Source of the DNA: Patescibacteria group bacterium | Lineage (GTDB): Bacteria > Patescibacteriota > Minisyncoccia > Phycocordibacterales > Phycocordibacteraceae | Assembly (NCBI GenBank): GCA_029260935.1 | Contig: JAJDCJ010000015.1 | Span: 1-62,068, forward strand | Direction of reading: 5' to 3' | Length of the DNA: 62,068 bases | Part shown: one piece after another, positions 35,129-43,462 of the stretch | Position numbering within the stretch: position 1 is the stretch's first letter | Layout: each line of letters opens with the position of its first letter | Translations under genes and position numbers: made by a program | Notes under the pieces: model-generated | What the model was told of the DNA's origin: nothing | Seen by the model: only the letters and a program-made list of their open reading frames with translations | Databases searched by the model: none

Positions 35129-36742
35129 ATGAAACTATCTTATATGTCATTTAAAAAAATATTTTTTGCGCTCGCGCTACCGTTGTTTATTCTGGTACCG
35201 TTTTTTGTCGCACCTCAAAACGCGTTTGCCACCTGTATCACAAAGTACGTTGTCGTTGGTGGATTCACGTTCCCGGTTTCCGTCGGTGACTGTTCCGGCA
35301 CAAGTACCAGTAAACCAACAGTTACGTTTTCGGCGACCCCCGAAACCGTTTCCACGAACGGCGCGTCTTCAATTTTTTGGAAAGCTACAAACGCAACGAG
35401 CTGTACCGGTACCGGTTTTTCAACCGGAGGCAAAACAAACGGTTCAGTTATTGTGTACCTACAAAACGCTTCAAAGACATTCAGTATTTCCTGTAGCGGA
35501 TCTTCAGGTTCGGTAACTGACAGTGTTACGGTCACGGTAATACCGACGCAATCGTCGGGAACCAATACTAATCCGGTAACATCGGCGGGCGCGACACCCG
35601 GCGGCGGTTTTTATTTTGGTGTGCCCTGCGGTTTTTTTGAACCATGCAATAGCCCGCCATTTACTCCGCAAACATGCAAACCTGCGTTAAGCAGCAACAA
35701 ATCGTCGGTTGTGGCTGGGCAAAGCGCCACTCTTACCTGGAGCGCGACTATGACGAAACCAAGCTCTACATACTTTGGCATCATGCCTACTACCATATCA
35801 GTCAGCAATGTTGGGGAGGTGGCATCAACACCCGCCGGTACGATAACACCAGATTTAAGCGGTACCGTCTCGGTAAGCCCGACAGAACCAACCACATACA
35901 TTACAGTCTGCAAGATGGAAGATGCATTTTTTGGGTCAACCACTAATTCAAGTCCTGTAACTATTACCACTCTTGCCCCTGTTGGTGGTTCTTGTAGTGC
36001 CTCGCCAGGCAGTATTACAAGTGGGCAATCGTCCACCTGGACCGCAACTCCTTCCGGAGGGGATGGCGCATACACCTATGTATGGAGTGGTACTGATTCA
36101 CTCGCCGGAACCTCACAATCAGTTATCAAAACATATACATCAGTAGGAACAAAAAGCGGTTCAGTTGCCATCACCTCTGCCGGTTCGTCAAAAACAATCA
36201 GCTGTTCAAATACAGTGACTGTAATTAATCCTCAACCTCAATGCTCAGACGGCATTGATAATGATGGTGATGGAAAAATTGACAGTGCTGACTTCGGTTG
36301 CTACTCCACAGGAGGTGGTGGTGGAGACGTATACGACCCAAACAAAAATAACGAATTCCCTAACCCTCAATGCTCAGACGGTATTGACAACAACGGTAAC
36401 GGGTTCGTTGACTATCCTAATGACCTCACCTGTTCATCGTCTAGCGACAACAATGAAGAAGTGGCGCCAGTGGCAGGAATCACCCTCTCGGCAACGCAAA
36501 CTCTGGTACAGAAAAACCAAAGTACCACACTCACCTGGTCTGCAAGCAATGTGAAGACAGACTCCTGCAGTCTTGCAGGAACCAATGGCGACTCATGGAA
36601 CCTCTCCGGCACCGCGGGAAGTCAAGTCACGGGTGCGCTCGTAGGGGAGACCATCTACACCCTTTCGTGTACCGACCTCAATAAAAAATTAGTTTCAACA
36701 CAGGTCACCGTCAAGGTTGTACCAAGTTTTGAAGAGATTTAA
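35129..36742 (+). CDS. Secreted surface protein with repeated Ig-like Cys-pair modules, two CSDGIDN(D/N)G(D/N)G repeats and C-terminal module ending PSFEEI
   Basis: Signal peptide. The C-terminal ~165 aa are about 65% identical to the C-terminus of 31875..34157, and the last 18 nt are identical. Confidence 0.75.
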   Translation: MKLSYMSFKKIFFALALPLFILVPFFVAPQNAFATCITKYVVVGGFTFPVSVGDCSGTSTSKPTVTFSATPETVSTNGASSIFWKATNATSCTGTGFSTGGKTNGSVIVYLQNASKTFSISCSGSSGSVTDSVTVTVIPTQSSGTNTNPVTSAGATPGGGFYFGVPCGFFEPCNSPPFTPQTCKPALSSNKSSVVAGQSATLTWSATMTKPSSTYFGIMPTTISVSNVGEVASTPAGTITPDLSGTVSVSPTEPTTYITVCKMEDAFFGSTTNSSPVTITTLAPVGGSCSASPGSITSGQSSTWTATPSGGDGAYTYVWSGTDSLAGTSQSVIKTYTSVGTKSGSVAITSAGSSKTISCSNTVTVINPQPQCSDGIDNDGDGKIDSADFGCYSTGGGGGDVYDPNKNNEFPNPQCSDGIDNNGNGFVDYPNDLTCSSSSDNNEEVAPVAGITLSATQTLVQKNQSTTLTWSASNVKTDSCSLAGTNGDSWNLSGTAGSQVTGALVGETIYTLSCTDLNKKLVSTQVTVKVVPSFEEI

Positions 36743-36859
36743 AAGTATCGTTTGGCTCTCTATATCACAGGAATGTGTAGTTTATTTTTACACTATAAAA
36801 TGGTATATTTCTCAACGTTGTTCTTGGTTTCCTAGCCCCTATCACCTAGAACTTAGTTT

Positions 36860-36931
36860 GGCCCCATCGTCTAACGGTTAGGACACAAGCTTCTCAAGCT
36901 TGTAATCGGAGTTCGATTCTCCGTGGGGTCA
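36860..36931 (+). tRNA. tRNA-Glu (anticodon CUC)
   Basis: Acceptor GGCCCCA/TGGGGTC, D arm GTCT-AACGGTTA-GGAC, anticodon arm CAAGC-TTCTCAA-GCTTG, T arm GGAGT-TCGATTC-TCCGT... read by hand; no encoded CCA. Confidence 0.85.
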
Positions 36932-36941
36932 CAGATATGTT

Positions 36942-36969
36942 AATACCTAATGTGGATACATTAGGTATT
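36942..36969 (+). terminator. 12-bp perfect hairpin after tRNA-Glu
   Basis: AATACCTAATGT-GGAT-ACATTAGGTATT followed by TTT. Confidence 0.5.
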
Positions 36970-37096
36970 TTACTTATCTGCATTCCCTACGGGGAATCGA
37001 AGAGAGGCTACGCGAAGCCTGTGAGTATACACAGTTGTAGCCGACGGGGTCGCGTCGCTTGGTGTTTTGTGAGGAACGAAACAAAACACTTAGCAA

Positions 37097-37146
37097 AGGT
37101 GACCGATGCGTGCGAGCGAAGCGAAGACACTTCTCCGTGGGGTCAC
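37097..37146 (+). repeat. Direct repeat unit ending in a 16-nt copy of the tRNA-Glu 3' end (TTCTCCGTGGGGTCAC = 36917-36932)
   Basis: 37131-37146 is identical to 36917-36932. 37097-37138 is repeated at 37421-37463 with a 1-nt insertion. Confidence 0.85.
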
Positions 37147-37327
37147 TAGGCTAAAAACGCAAACTGCTTTGCTTGCGGCGGGGAATCGAAGGGCGGAATG
37201 CCACACCTCGCGAGGTGTGGCATGAGTCGGGGTCGCGGAAATTTCCAAGTAGCGACGAGGAAATTGAAAATGTAGCTGTCCGACAGCTACATTTTCACAA
37301 ACCGCTTTGCGTTTTTAGCCTAGTGAC
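37142..37327. repeat. 22-bp inverted repeat (37142-37163 / 37306-37327) enclosing palindrome 37200-37221 and a REP copy
   Basis: GTCACTAGGCTAAAAACGCAAA and its exact complement; the inner GCCACACCTCG/CGAGGTGTGGC is a perfect palindrome. Confidence 0.8.
37270..37292. repeat. REP-like 23-nt palindrome
   Basis: ATGTAGCTGTCCGACAGCTACAT, perfect. Confidence 0.9.
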
Positions 37328-37420
37328 GGCCGGAAGCATAGTTTTACCAGCAGGCAAAACAGCTGAGGCGGGGCCGGCGACCAAAACTTTACGACGGTAA
37401 AGTTTTGAGTTGTGGGCCAC

Positions 37421-37463
37421 AGGTGACCGATGCGTGCGAGCGTAAGCGAAGACACTTCTCCGT
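37421..37463 (+). repeat. Second copy of the 42-nt direct repeat, ending in a truncated tRNA-Glu 3' end (TTCTCCGT)
   Basis: AGGTGACCGATGCGTGCGAGCGTAAGCGAAGACACTTCTCCGT. Confidence 0.85.
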
Positions 37464-37466
37464 CTT

Positions 37467-38006
37467 TTAATTCGGAGAAGGGAAAAGCACTATATTATAG
37501 TCAGCGGTATTTTGACTCATATCCGCACCAGAGCATATATCTTTTCTCAACCCCGGGGGGGTTCCTTCGGCTTTATTAAAAGCAAGTGTTGCTCCACGTG
37601 GTCCATCGCACGCACAGCTACCTCGCACTAGATCACTGCAATGAATCGGGTCATATGAATAGAAATAGGTAACCCCATCGTACAGTGGATCTTTAGGGAT
37701 AGCGGTTAAATATTGAGCAAGTGCTTGCTCTATGGGGCCATTATCATCGCCTATTATTTCACCTAAATTAGAAACACCATCATCGGCATTACTTGGATAA
37801 CGTCTGTTATCATCAAAAAAGAAGTTCAGGGCAATATCTAGTTGTTTCATATCTGAAATCCGCCGTACATCACGTGCTTTTTGTCTGGCGGAGCCAATAC
37901 TTGAAACAACAATAGAGGACAATACACCAATGATGGCGATGACTACCAAAAGTTCAACAAGCGTAAAACCGCGTTTGGTTGTCTTACCATTTACTGAAAA
38001 ATGCAT
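37467..38006 (-). CDS. Type IV pilin / pseudopilin (prepilin-type N-terminal methylation signal)
   Basis: KRGFTLVELLVVIAIIGVLSSIVV class III signal; Cys pair in the C-terminal globular part. Confidence 0.85.
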   Translation of the reverse strand: MHFSVNGKTTKRGFTLVELLVVIAIIGVLSSIVVSSIGSARQKARDVRRISDMKQLDIALNFFFDDNRRYPSNADDGVSNLGEIIGDDNGPIEQALAQYLTAIPKDPLYDGVTYFYSYDPIHCSDLVRGSCACDGPRGATLAFNKAEGTPPGLRKDICSGADMSQNTADYNIVLFPSPN

Positions 38007-38135
38007 AGTTATGTAAATAAATAATGTAACACTAACAAAGTGAAAAACAGCTGTTCACTGCCTCCTTATATTTTACCATTACACTTTGCTCTGTATGTGA
38101 GTAGTGGGGAAGAGTGTTCTCTTTTTCTTGCAACA

Positions 38136-38167
38136 AAAAATGACAGAGTTATCTCTGTCATTTTTTA
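38136..38167 (-). terminator. Hairpin AAAAAATGACAGAG-TTAT-CTCTGTCATTTTTT
   Basis: Perfect 14-bp A/T-flanked stem 11 nt after the stop of the 43-aa ORF. Confidence 0.6.
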
Positions 38168-38177
38168 AGTTATTTTT

Positions 38178-38309
38178 TCAAAAACACCCCCCTTTTAAAA
38201 CGCAACTGTCGCAGAGTTCAACGCATCTGCCGTTAATGGGGCTAATGGATGCACCGCAAGGACACGGGTTACAATAAATTCTTTCTATGCTTCCAAAATT
38301 CGTTTCCAT
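38178..38309 (-). CDS. Cys-rich micro-protein, 43 aa (7 Cys)
   Basis: Hand-translated: METNFGSIERIYCNPCPCGASISPINGRCVELCDSCVLKGGCF. Followed by a terminator. Confidence 0.4.
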   Translation of the reverse strand: METNFGSIERIYCNPCPCGASISPINGRCVELCDSCVLKGGCF

Positions 38310-38329
38310 ATTATAAAGTTCTTTATTAT

Positions 38330-38506
38330 TTAATCATCACCAAATTCGCCATAGTCACCATCGTCGTCATCATACTCATCATCATCGTCGTCACCGGGGC
38401 ATGTTGGAGAACAGTACCACGGACACACCAAGCCCTTTGTAGTAAATCTTTTTCCACATCCGTCGCACTCACATATCTTATGTATTTCTCCAAATCTTTG
38501 TTCCAT
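38330..38506 (-). CDS. Cys-rich (zinc-ribbon-like) micro-protein with poly-acidic tail, 58 aa
   Basis: Hand-translated: MEQRFGEIHKICECDGCGKRFTTKGLVCPWYCSPTCPGDDDDDEYDDDDGDYGEFGDD. Confidence 0.5.
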   Translation of the reverse strand: MEQRFGEIHKICECDGCGKRFTTKGLVCPWYCSPTCPGDDDDDEYDDDDGDYGEFGDD

Positions 38507-38522
38507 ACTAATGTACTTTTAT

Positions 38523-38687
38523 TTAAACCCAGTCATAATTATCATTATGATGACCCCCTCCACCATTACCCGGTTGAGGTTTATTTTTTGGTTTTGCTTT
38601 TGGTTCAGGAGCACCGCGTTGACTGCCTTCATTGCCATCATGTTCAAATGTTTGAATTGCGCGCATAGTAAAAGGGTTTTCAATCAT
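38523..38687 (-). CDS. Gly/Pro/His-rich micro-protein, 54 aa (or 47 aa from ATG 38666)
   Basis: Hand-translated: MIENPFTMRAIQTFEHDGNEGSQRGAPEPKAKPKNKPQPGNGGGGHHNDNYDWV. Confidence 0.35.
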   Translation of the reverse strand: MIENPFTMRAIQTFEHDGNEGSQRGAPEPKAKPKNKPQPGNGGGGHHNDNYDWV

Positions 38688-38710
38688 AAAATTTATTTAT
38701 TATAGATTTT

Positions 38711-38932
38711 TTAAGAAAATTGATCCTCCTCTGCTTGTGCTTCTTCAGCTGCCTGTTCTCTCTTTCTTTGTATGCGTGCATCGTTGCTATCTGCTTTTTT
38801 TCTTTTCTTTTTAGCTGTTGCTATACCACCTGCTCTGCCCATTTTGCCCAATTTTTCAGTGTCATCAGAATGCCGTGCGTCGTCAACCTTTTTGGGGCGA
38901 GGTTTTAAGAGTCTGGTAGGGAATCCTTCCAT
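38711..38932 (-). CDS. Highly charged Lys/Arg-rich small protein, 73 aa
   Basis: ORF track. Same strand as its neighbours; the two overlapping + strand ORFs are Cys/Phe/Leu-rich shadows. Confidence 0.45.
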   Translation of the reverse strand: MEGFPTRLLKPRPKKVDDARHSDDTEKLGKMGRAGGIATAKKKRKKADSNDARIQRKREQAAEEAQAEEDQFS

Positions 38933-39007
38933 AAATTGTTTTATACCACTAATGTAGAATTAGCGCAAGTCCTCAGAATAGTATTTTCCACAGAGGGCAT
39001 TTTCTGG

Positions 39008-39121
39008 CTAATCGTCAGGGTCTATGTCCAAGTCCCACCACAAGTCAAAGCCGTCCGGCTCTTCGTCAGGGATGAGCGTGTAGGTGGTGTGCGGTTTTTC
39101 GTTATGTCCAAAATAGCTCAT
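39008..39121 (-). CDS. Acidic micro-protein, 37 aa
   Basis: Hand-translated: MSYFGHNEKPHTTYTLIPDEEPDGFDLWWDLDIDPDD. Starts 10 nt after the yqeY-like stop. Confidence 0.3.
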   Translation of the reverse strand: MSYFGHNEKPHTTYTLIPDEEPDGFDLWWDLDIDPDD

Positions 39122-39130
39122 AGGTTTCTC

Positions 39131-39580
39131 TTAAAAAAAGCTGTCAATCACCACTTTTACATCTTCACTGTTGGCTTTGCCGGCGGTTTCCTTCATCACC
39201 GCGCCCATAAGGCGTCCGCTGTCTTTTGCTTCCGTAATACCCAACTCTGCTTTTTTAGCGTGTGCTATTTTTTGTATTTCTTCACTGCTCATCTGGGCAG
39301 GGAGGTAGGCTTCCAAAAGGGCTCGTTCAGCTTCTTCTTTTTGCGCCGATTCTTCACGCCCACCTGAACGGAATGCGGTAGCGGCTTCTTTTCTTTTTTT
39401 CACTTCACGGCGAATAACTCCAAGCGCCTCTTCTTCAGTCAGTTCGTCGGTAGGTTTTCTTTTGGTGGCAACTAGCTCATTCGTAAACGCGGCAGTAAGT
39501 CCTCGTAATGTATTTGTTTTCAGAGGGTCTTTTGCTTTCATAGCAACTATAATTTCATCTTTTATACTTTTTTGCATCAT
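39131..39580 (-). CDS. GatB/YqeY-domain protein
   Basis: MMQKSIKDEIIVAMKAKD...LRGL.AAF...EEEALGVIRREVKKRKEA...YLP..MS.EEI; ATG 39580 chosen within track ORF ..39721. Confidence 0.8.
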   Translation of the reverse strand: MMQKSIKDEIIVAMKAKDPLKTNTLRGLTAAFTNELVATKRKPTDELTEEEALGVIRREVKKRKEAATAFRSGGREESAQKEEAERALLEAYLPAQMSSEEIQKIAHAKKAELGITEAKDSGRLMGAVMKETAGKANSEDVKVVIDSFF

Positions 39581-39629
39581 ATGAGTCCAGTATAGCATTT
39601 TTAGGCATTTAACTTGGTATACTTTTCTT

Positions 39630-42272
39630 ATGCAAAGTCCGTGGTATGCACAGGGAAGGGAAGATCTCCTTAAGCAATTTACTGTGTCTGAAAACAGGGG
39701 ATTAGAAGATACGGAAGTCACGAAACGTCTTTCACTCTATGGTTCTAATTCTTTGGAGGAAAAATCCAAAGGTTTTGGTGTGTTGGTGTTTTTTAAACAG
39801 TTTACCAATCCATTAGTTATTATTCTGCTCGTTGCATTTTTAGGGACACTGTATTTACAAGAAACCGTTGACGCATTTGTCATTGCCACTGCTCTTTTGG
39901 TAAATGTAGTGATTGGTTTTATCCAAGAGTATCGGGCACATCGGGCGTTTGAAGCTCTGGTGAGCACAGAAACACATTCCGTGTTGGTGTTACGTGCCGG
40001 CACCAAACTTCTTGTACCAACCAAAGAGCTCGTGCCCGGCGATATTATTTTTCTTGAACCAGGGGTACTCATTCCTGCTGATCTATACTTGTTGTCATCA
40101 ACTGACTTCTCGGTGTCTGAAGCGCATCTTACTGGCGAGTCTCATCCCGTTGAAAAACATACTGGGATTCTCCCTGAAGGGATCCCTGTCTACGAACGGA
40201 GCAACATGCTTTTCATGGGCTCTTCCGTACTCTCGGGCACTGCAACGGGGCTGACGGTGGCAACGGGACTAACGGCGGAGGTCGGCCGTATTGCAGAGAG
40301 TCTTAAAAATTACAGTGCGACAAAAACACCTATTGAAAAAAGTGTAGAACGTTTGGCACGGTTTCTCTCACTTTTAATAGTGGGTGTCATTGCGATATTG
40401 TTTTTAGTCGGTGCCTTACAGGAAACACCTTTTACTGAAACTCTTTTGTTGGGTATTGCTTTGGCTGTTTCTGTAGTTCCAGAAGGCCTCCCCGCCGCAG
40501 TGACCGCAATATTAGCAATCGGTATGGAGAAAATCTTGAAAAAACGAGGATTAGTACGTAACCTACTTGCGGCAGAAACACTGGGCTCAACTACTATTAT
40601 TCTCACTGACAAAACAGGCACTCTCACTGAAGCAAAGATGAAATTGGCGGATATTGTTACGTGGCACTCAACAGGGTGCAACATCAATAACCTTGATGAC
40701 GATCAGGTAGAAACCCTCACCGCTGCACTATATGCCTCCGATGCACTCGTATTGAACCGGCAAGAAAAGACATTGCATGGACAGCCCACTGAAAAAGCTA
40801 TCGCATCAACGGCGCTTGATGCAGGTATCTATGAATCTGCCATGGGCAATGCTAATGAGCGTATTGATTTTCTCAAGTTCTCTTCGCGTCGTCGCTATGC
40901 AGCAGCGCTGTATACACACGAAGACCATACCAGTGTGTATATAAGTGGAGCGCCAGAGAAACTTCTTCTTTCGGCTCGTTATTATCATGATGCAGGAGTG
41001 AAAAAGAAAATGACCGAAGAAGCGCGAGGCATGTTCAAAGAAAAAATGGACCTACTGACTCAAAAAGGGAACCGGGCAATTGCTGTTTCTGTGGTTACCG
41101 TAGCTGGCAATTCTTTGCATACTTCTAAAAAAGACGGTGTATTAAAAGAAAGTGAATTTCTCGGCATTATAGCGTTTACCGACCCAGTGAGAAGCGACGT
41201 TCCCAAGGCAATTAAGGAGGTACAAGAGGCCGGTGTACGAGTAGTTATGGTAACGGGAGATACACCAAAGACAGCTTTGGCAATAGCTCAAGAGGTGGGT
41301 ATCGCAGGGGAGGAGGCACGTGTCATCATCGGGCAGGAAATTGAAAATATGAGTGACCAACAGTTGAGTGACGCTTTGCGTGGTGGATATGTTTTTGCAC
41401 GTATTTTGCCACACCAGAAGAAAAGACTAGTTGAAGTGTTGCAGGCGCAAGGGGAAGTGGTGGGTATGACGGGTGACGGTGTGAACGACGCACCGGCGCT
41501 TCAGTCGGCCGCCATTGGTATTGCTGTTGGTTCAGGCACTGAAGTTGCACGTGAGGCATCTGACCTTATTTTGCTTGATGATAGCTTTTCAATAATTGTC
41601 GCGGCTATTGCCGAAGGAAGGCGTATTATGGATAACCTTAAAAAAGCAGTGGTGCATCTTATTACCACAAGTTTCCATGAGGTGTTTATTATTAGCGTTG
41701 CCGTGCTTTTCGCTTTACCGCTTCCCATACTGCCGGTTCAGATTTTGTGGGTAAATATCCTTGAAGAGGGCTTCCTCACTTTTGGTTTTGCGTTTGAGCC
41801 ACAGGAGAAGGGAATTATGAAGCAAAAACCACAGTCACAAAAACTACGTACCATTCTGACCAAAGAGGTAAAAAATCTTATTATATTAGCAGGAGTGATC
41901 ACCGGAGTGTTCAGCACCGGCCTCTTCCTTTGGTTGCTCGGGCGTGGCACTCCTGTTGAGGAAATACGCACTATTATGTTTGTGGTACTCTCGCTTGATT
42001 CCTTGTTGTTTGCCTTCTCTTTAAAACAACTGCACCACCCCGTATGGACGGCAAATATCTTTAATAACCGCTACTTGCTGACCGCAATTAGTGCTTCTGC
42101 CGTTGGTATTTTTATAACATTTGCATTTGAGCCACTGCGAACCATCCTCTCGCTGTCACTCCCGAACACGTTTGACATAGTAGTGCTTGTCTTTGTAGCA
42201 TTCGTTAATATAGCCACCATTGAGATTTCAAAAATGGTCGTTTTCAGATCAAGTGCTAAAATACCTGTATGA
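39630..42272 (+). CDS. P-type cation-transporting ATPase (P2/Ca- or Mg-type)
   Basis: TGES, DKTGTLT, MVTGD, TGDGVNDAPAL; 880 aa, ~10 TM. Confidence 0.9.
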   Translation: MQSPWYAQGREDLLKQFTVSENRGLEDTEVTKRLSLYGSNSLEEKSKGFGVLVFFKQFTNPLVIILLVAFLGTLYLQETVDAFVIATALLVNVVIGFIQEYRAHRAFEALVSTETHSVLVLRAGTKLLVPTKELVPGDIIFLEPGVLIPADLYLLSSTDFSVSEAHLTGESHPVEKHTGILPEGIPVYERSNMLFMGSSVLSGTATGLTVATGLTAEVGRIAESLKNYSATKTPIEKSVERLARFLSLLIVGVIAILFLVGALQETPFTETLLLGIALAVSVVPEGLPAAVTAILAIGMEKILKKRGLVRNLLAAETLGSTTIILTDKTGTLTEAKMKLADIVTWHSTGCNINNLDDDQVETLTAALYASDALVLNRQEKTLHGQPTEKAIASTALDAGIYESAMGNANERIDFLKFSSRRRYAAALYTHEDHTSVYISGAPEKLLLSARYYHDAGVKKKMTEEARGMFKEKMDLLTQKGNRAIAVSVVTVAGNSLHTSKKDGVLKESEFLGIIAFTDPVRSDVPKAIKEVQEAGVRVVMVTGDTPKTALAIAQEVGIAGEEARVIIGQEIENMSDQQLSDALRGGYVFARILPHQKKRLVEVLQAQGEVVGMTGDGVNDAPALQSAAIGIAVGSGTEVAREASDLILLDDSFSIIVAAIAEGRRIMDNLKKAVVHLITTSFHEVFIISVAVLFALPLPILPVQILWVNILEEGFLTFGFAFEPQEKGIMKQKPQSQKLRTILTKEVKNLIILAGVITGVFSTGLFLWLLGRGTPVEEIRTIMFVVLSLDSLLFAFSLKQLHHPVWTANIFNNRYLLTAISASAVGIFITFAFEPLRTILSLSLPNTFDIVVLVFVAFVNIATIEISKMVVFRSSAKIPV

Positions 42273-43309
42273 CAGAAGGGATTTTGATTGTACTTGTTGT
42301 TTTGGTGTTAGGTATCAATATCGGAGTTGTTGTTCTACTGTTTCTTAGAAAGAAACCAGAATCAGACACTTCAGGACTCTCTCTTATTCAACAGCAGGTG
42401 CAAGAGCTTTCAAAAACACTTGACGCCCGTGTGTCCGAATCGTCACGCGCTATGCAGGAAAATGCCCACCGGCAGTTTTCAGAGTCTTCAAAACTCATAA
42501 AGGAAATTACTCAGGAGGTAACGAGTGTAAAAGAGATAGGAAGGCAGACACAGAACTTTGCAGAACAACTCAAGAGTCTTCAGGATATTTTAAAAAATCC
42601 AAAACAACGCGGTGTGTTGGGTGAATATTATTTGGAAACGGTACTTAAAAATGTATTACCGCCGGGCATCTACCAAACACAGTATCCATTCAAGAATGGC
42701 GAGATTGTTGATGCGGTGGTATTTATCAATGAAAAAATAGTACCGATTGACTCAAAGTTTTCACTTGAAAACTACAATCGTCTGGTGCAGGCCGCACCGG
42801 AAGAAAAACCTGCACTTGAAAAAGCATTTGTAAACGACCTCAAGTTACGTATTACCGAGACTGCAAAGTATATTCGTCCTGAGGAAAATACTATGGACTT
42901 TGCTTTTATGTTTATTCCGTCCGAGGGTATTTATTATGATTTACTCACGAACCAAGTGGGTGCAGGTGACGATGAAAACCTTATTCAGCGCGCCGCAAGT
43001 AAACATAAAGTAATTATTGTTTCACCAACTTCATTTTTGGCATATCTTCAAACGGTGATGCAGGGACTCAAGGCCTTGAGTATTGAAAAGAAAGCTGAAG
43101 AAATCCAGAAACGAGTCGGGGAGTTAGGTAAGCATTTGCAGACCTATGAGGGGTATATGCAGAAGCTGGGGAACACACTGGGAACAAGCGTAAACCACTA
43201 TAATGCCGCCTACAAAGAGCTTGGGAAGGTAGACAAAGACGTCCTGCGCATTACGGGCGAAGCCCCCGGGTTTGAGGTAGAAACCCTCCATGGACCTGAT
43301 AGGGAATGA
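42269..43309 (+). CDS. rmuC: DNA recombination protein RmuC
   Basis: N-terminal TM + coiled coil, RGVLGEYYLE..L, C-terminal nuclease-like FMFIPSEG...SPTS. Confidence 0.85.
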   Translation: MTEGILIVLVVLVLGINIGVVVLLFLRKKPESDTSGLSLIQQQVQELSKTLDARVSESSRAMQENAHRQFSESSKLIKEITQEVTSVKEIGRQTQNFAEQLKSLQDILKNPKQRGVLGEYYLETVLKNVLPPGIYQTQYPFKNGEIVDAVVFINEKIVPIDSKFSLENYNRLVQAAPEEKPALEKAFVNDLKLRITETAKYIRPEENTMDFAFMFIPSEGIYYDLLTNQVGAGDDENLIQRAASKHKVIIVSPTSFLAYLQTVMQGLKALSIEKKAEEIQKRVGELGKHLQTYEGYMQKLGNTLGTSVNHYNAAYKELGKVDKDVLRITGEAPGFEVETLHGPDRE

Positions 43310-43462
43310 CCGAAACAACCCCCCCCTTTTTTTTTCGCTAGCGAAGAGGGGTTTGTTTGAGCAAGGACGGTCCTTGCTCAGGGGTCCTTGCGGTAAAAAT
43401 AAAAAAGGGAGGGACAGAAGGGGGGTTGCTAAAAAGCTCATAATCCAGTATATTTGCTTGAT

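Noticed and set aside
31875-36742. Diversity-generating retroelement (template/variable repeat pair) acting on the paralogous C-terminal modules
   Set aside because: No reverse transcriptase is in the window. Differences between the two modules are spread over all bases and codon positions and are not adenine-specific. The DNA is too diverged to be a TR/VR pair.
9578-37292. The recurring 23-nt palindrome as a CRISPR array
   Set aside because: Copies are dispersed over 28 kb with irregular spacing, they are perfect palindromes, and no cas genes are present. This fits REP elements rather than CRISPR repeats.
36937-37400. ORFs 36937..37149 and 37173..37400
   Set aside because: They lie entirely in the tRNA-Glu repeat and REP region. 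One contains the REP translation NVAVRQLHF, and both have low-complexity composition.
37467-39121. RiPP/bacteriocin gene cluster built around the Cys-rich peptides
   Set aside because: No modification enzyme, leader-peptidase/ABC exporter or immunity gene is adjacent, and the peptides lack an obvious leader-core layout. The idea is kept only as a remote possibility in the micro-ORF finding.
38249-39367. Plus-strand ORFs 38249..38668, 38511..38705, 38720..38908, 38772..38957 and 38936..39367
   Set aside because: They overlap one another, are Ile/Phe/Leu/Cys-rich, and oppose a coherent series of minus-strand ORFs that end at a terminator. They are treated as shadows, although this is not proven.
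43359-43379. Hairpin GAGCAAGGA-CGG-TCCTTGCTC after rmuC as an intrinsic terminator or L21 leader
   Set aside because: It is a perfect 9-bp stem, but no T-run follows and I see no similarity to known ribosomal-protein leaders. It was left unannotated.
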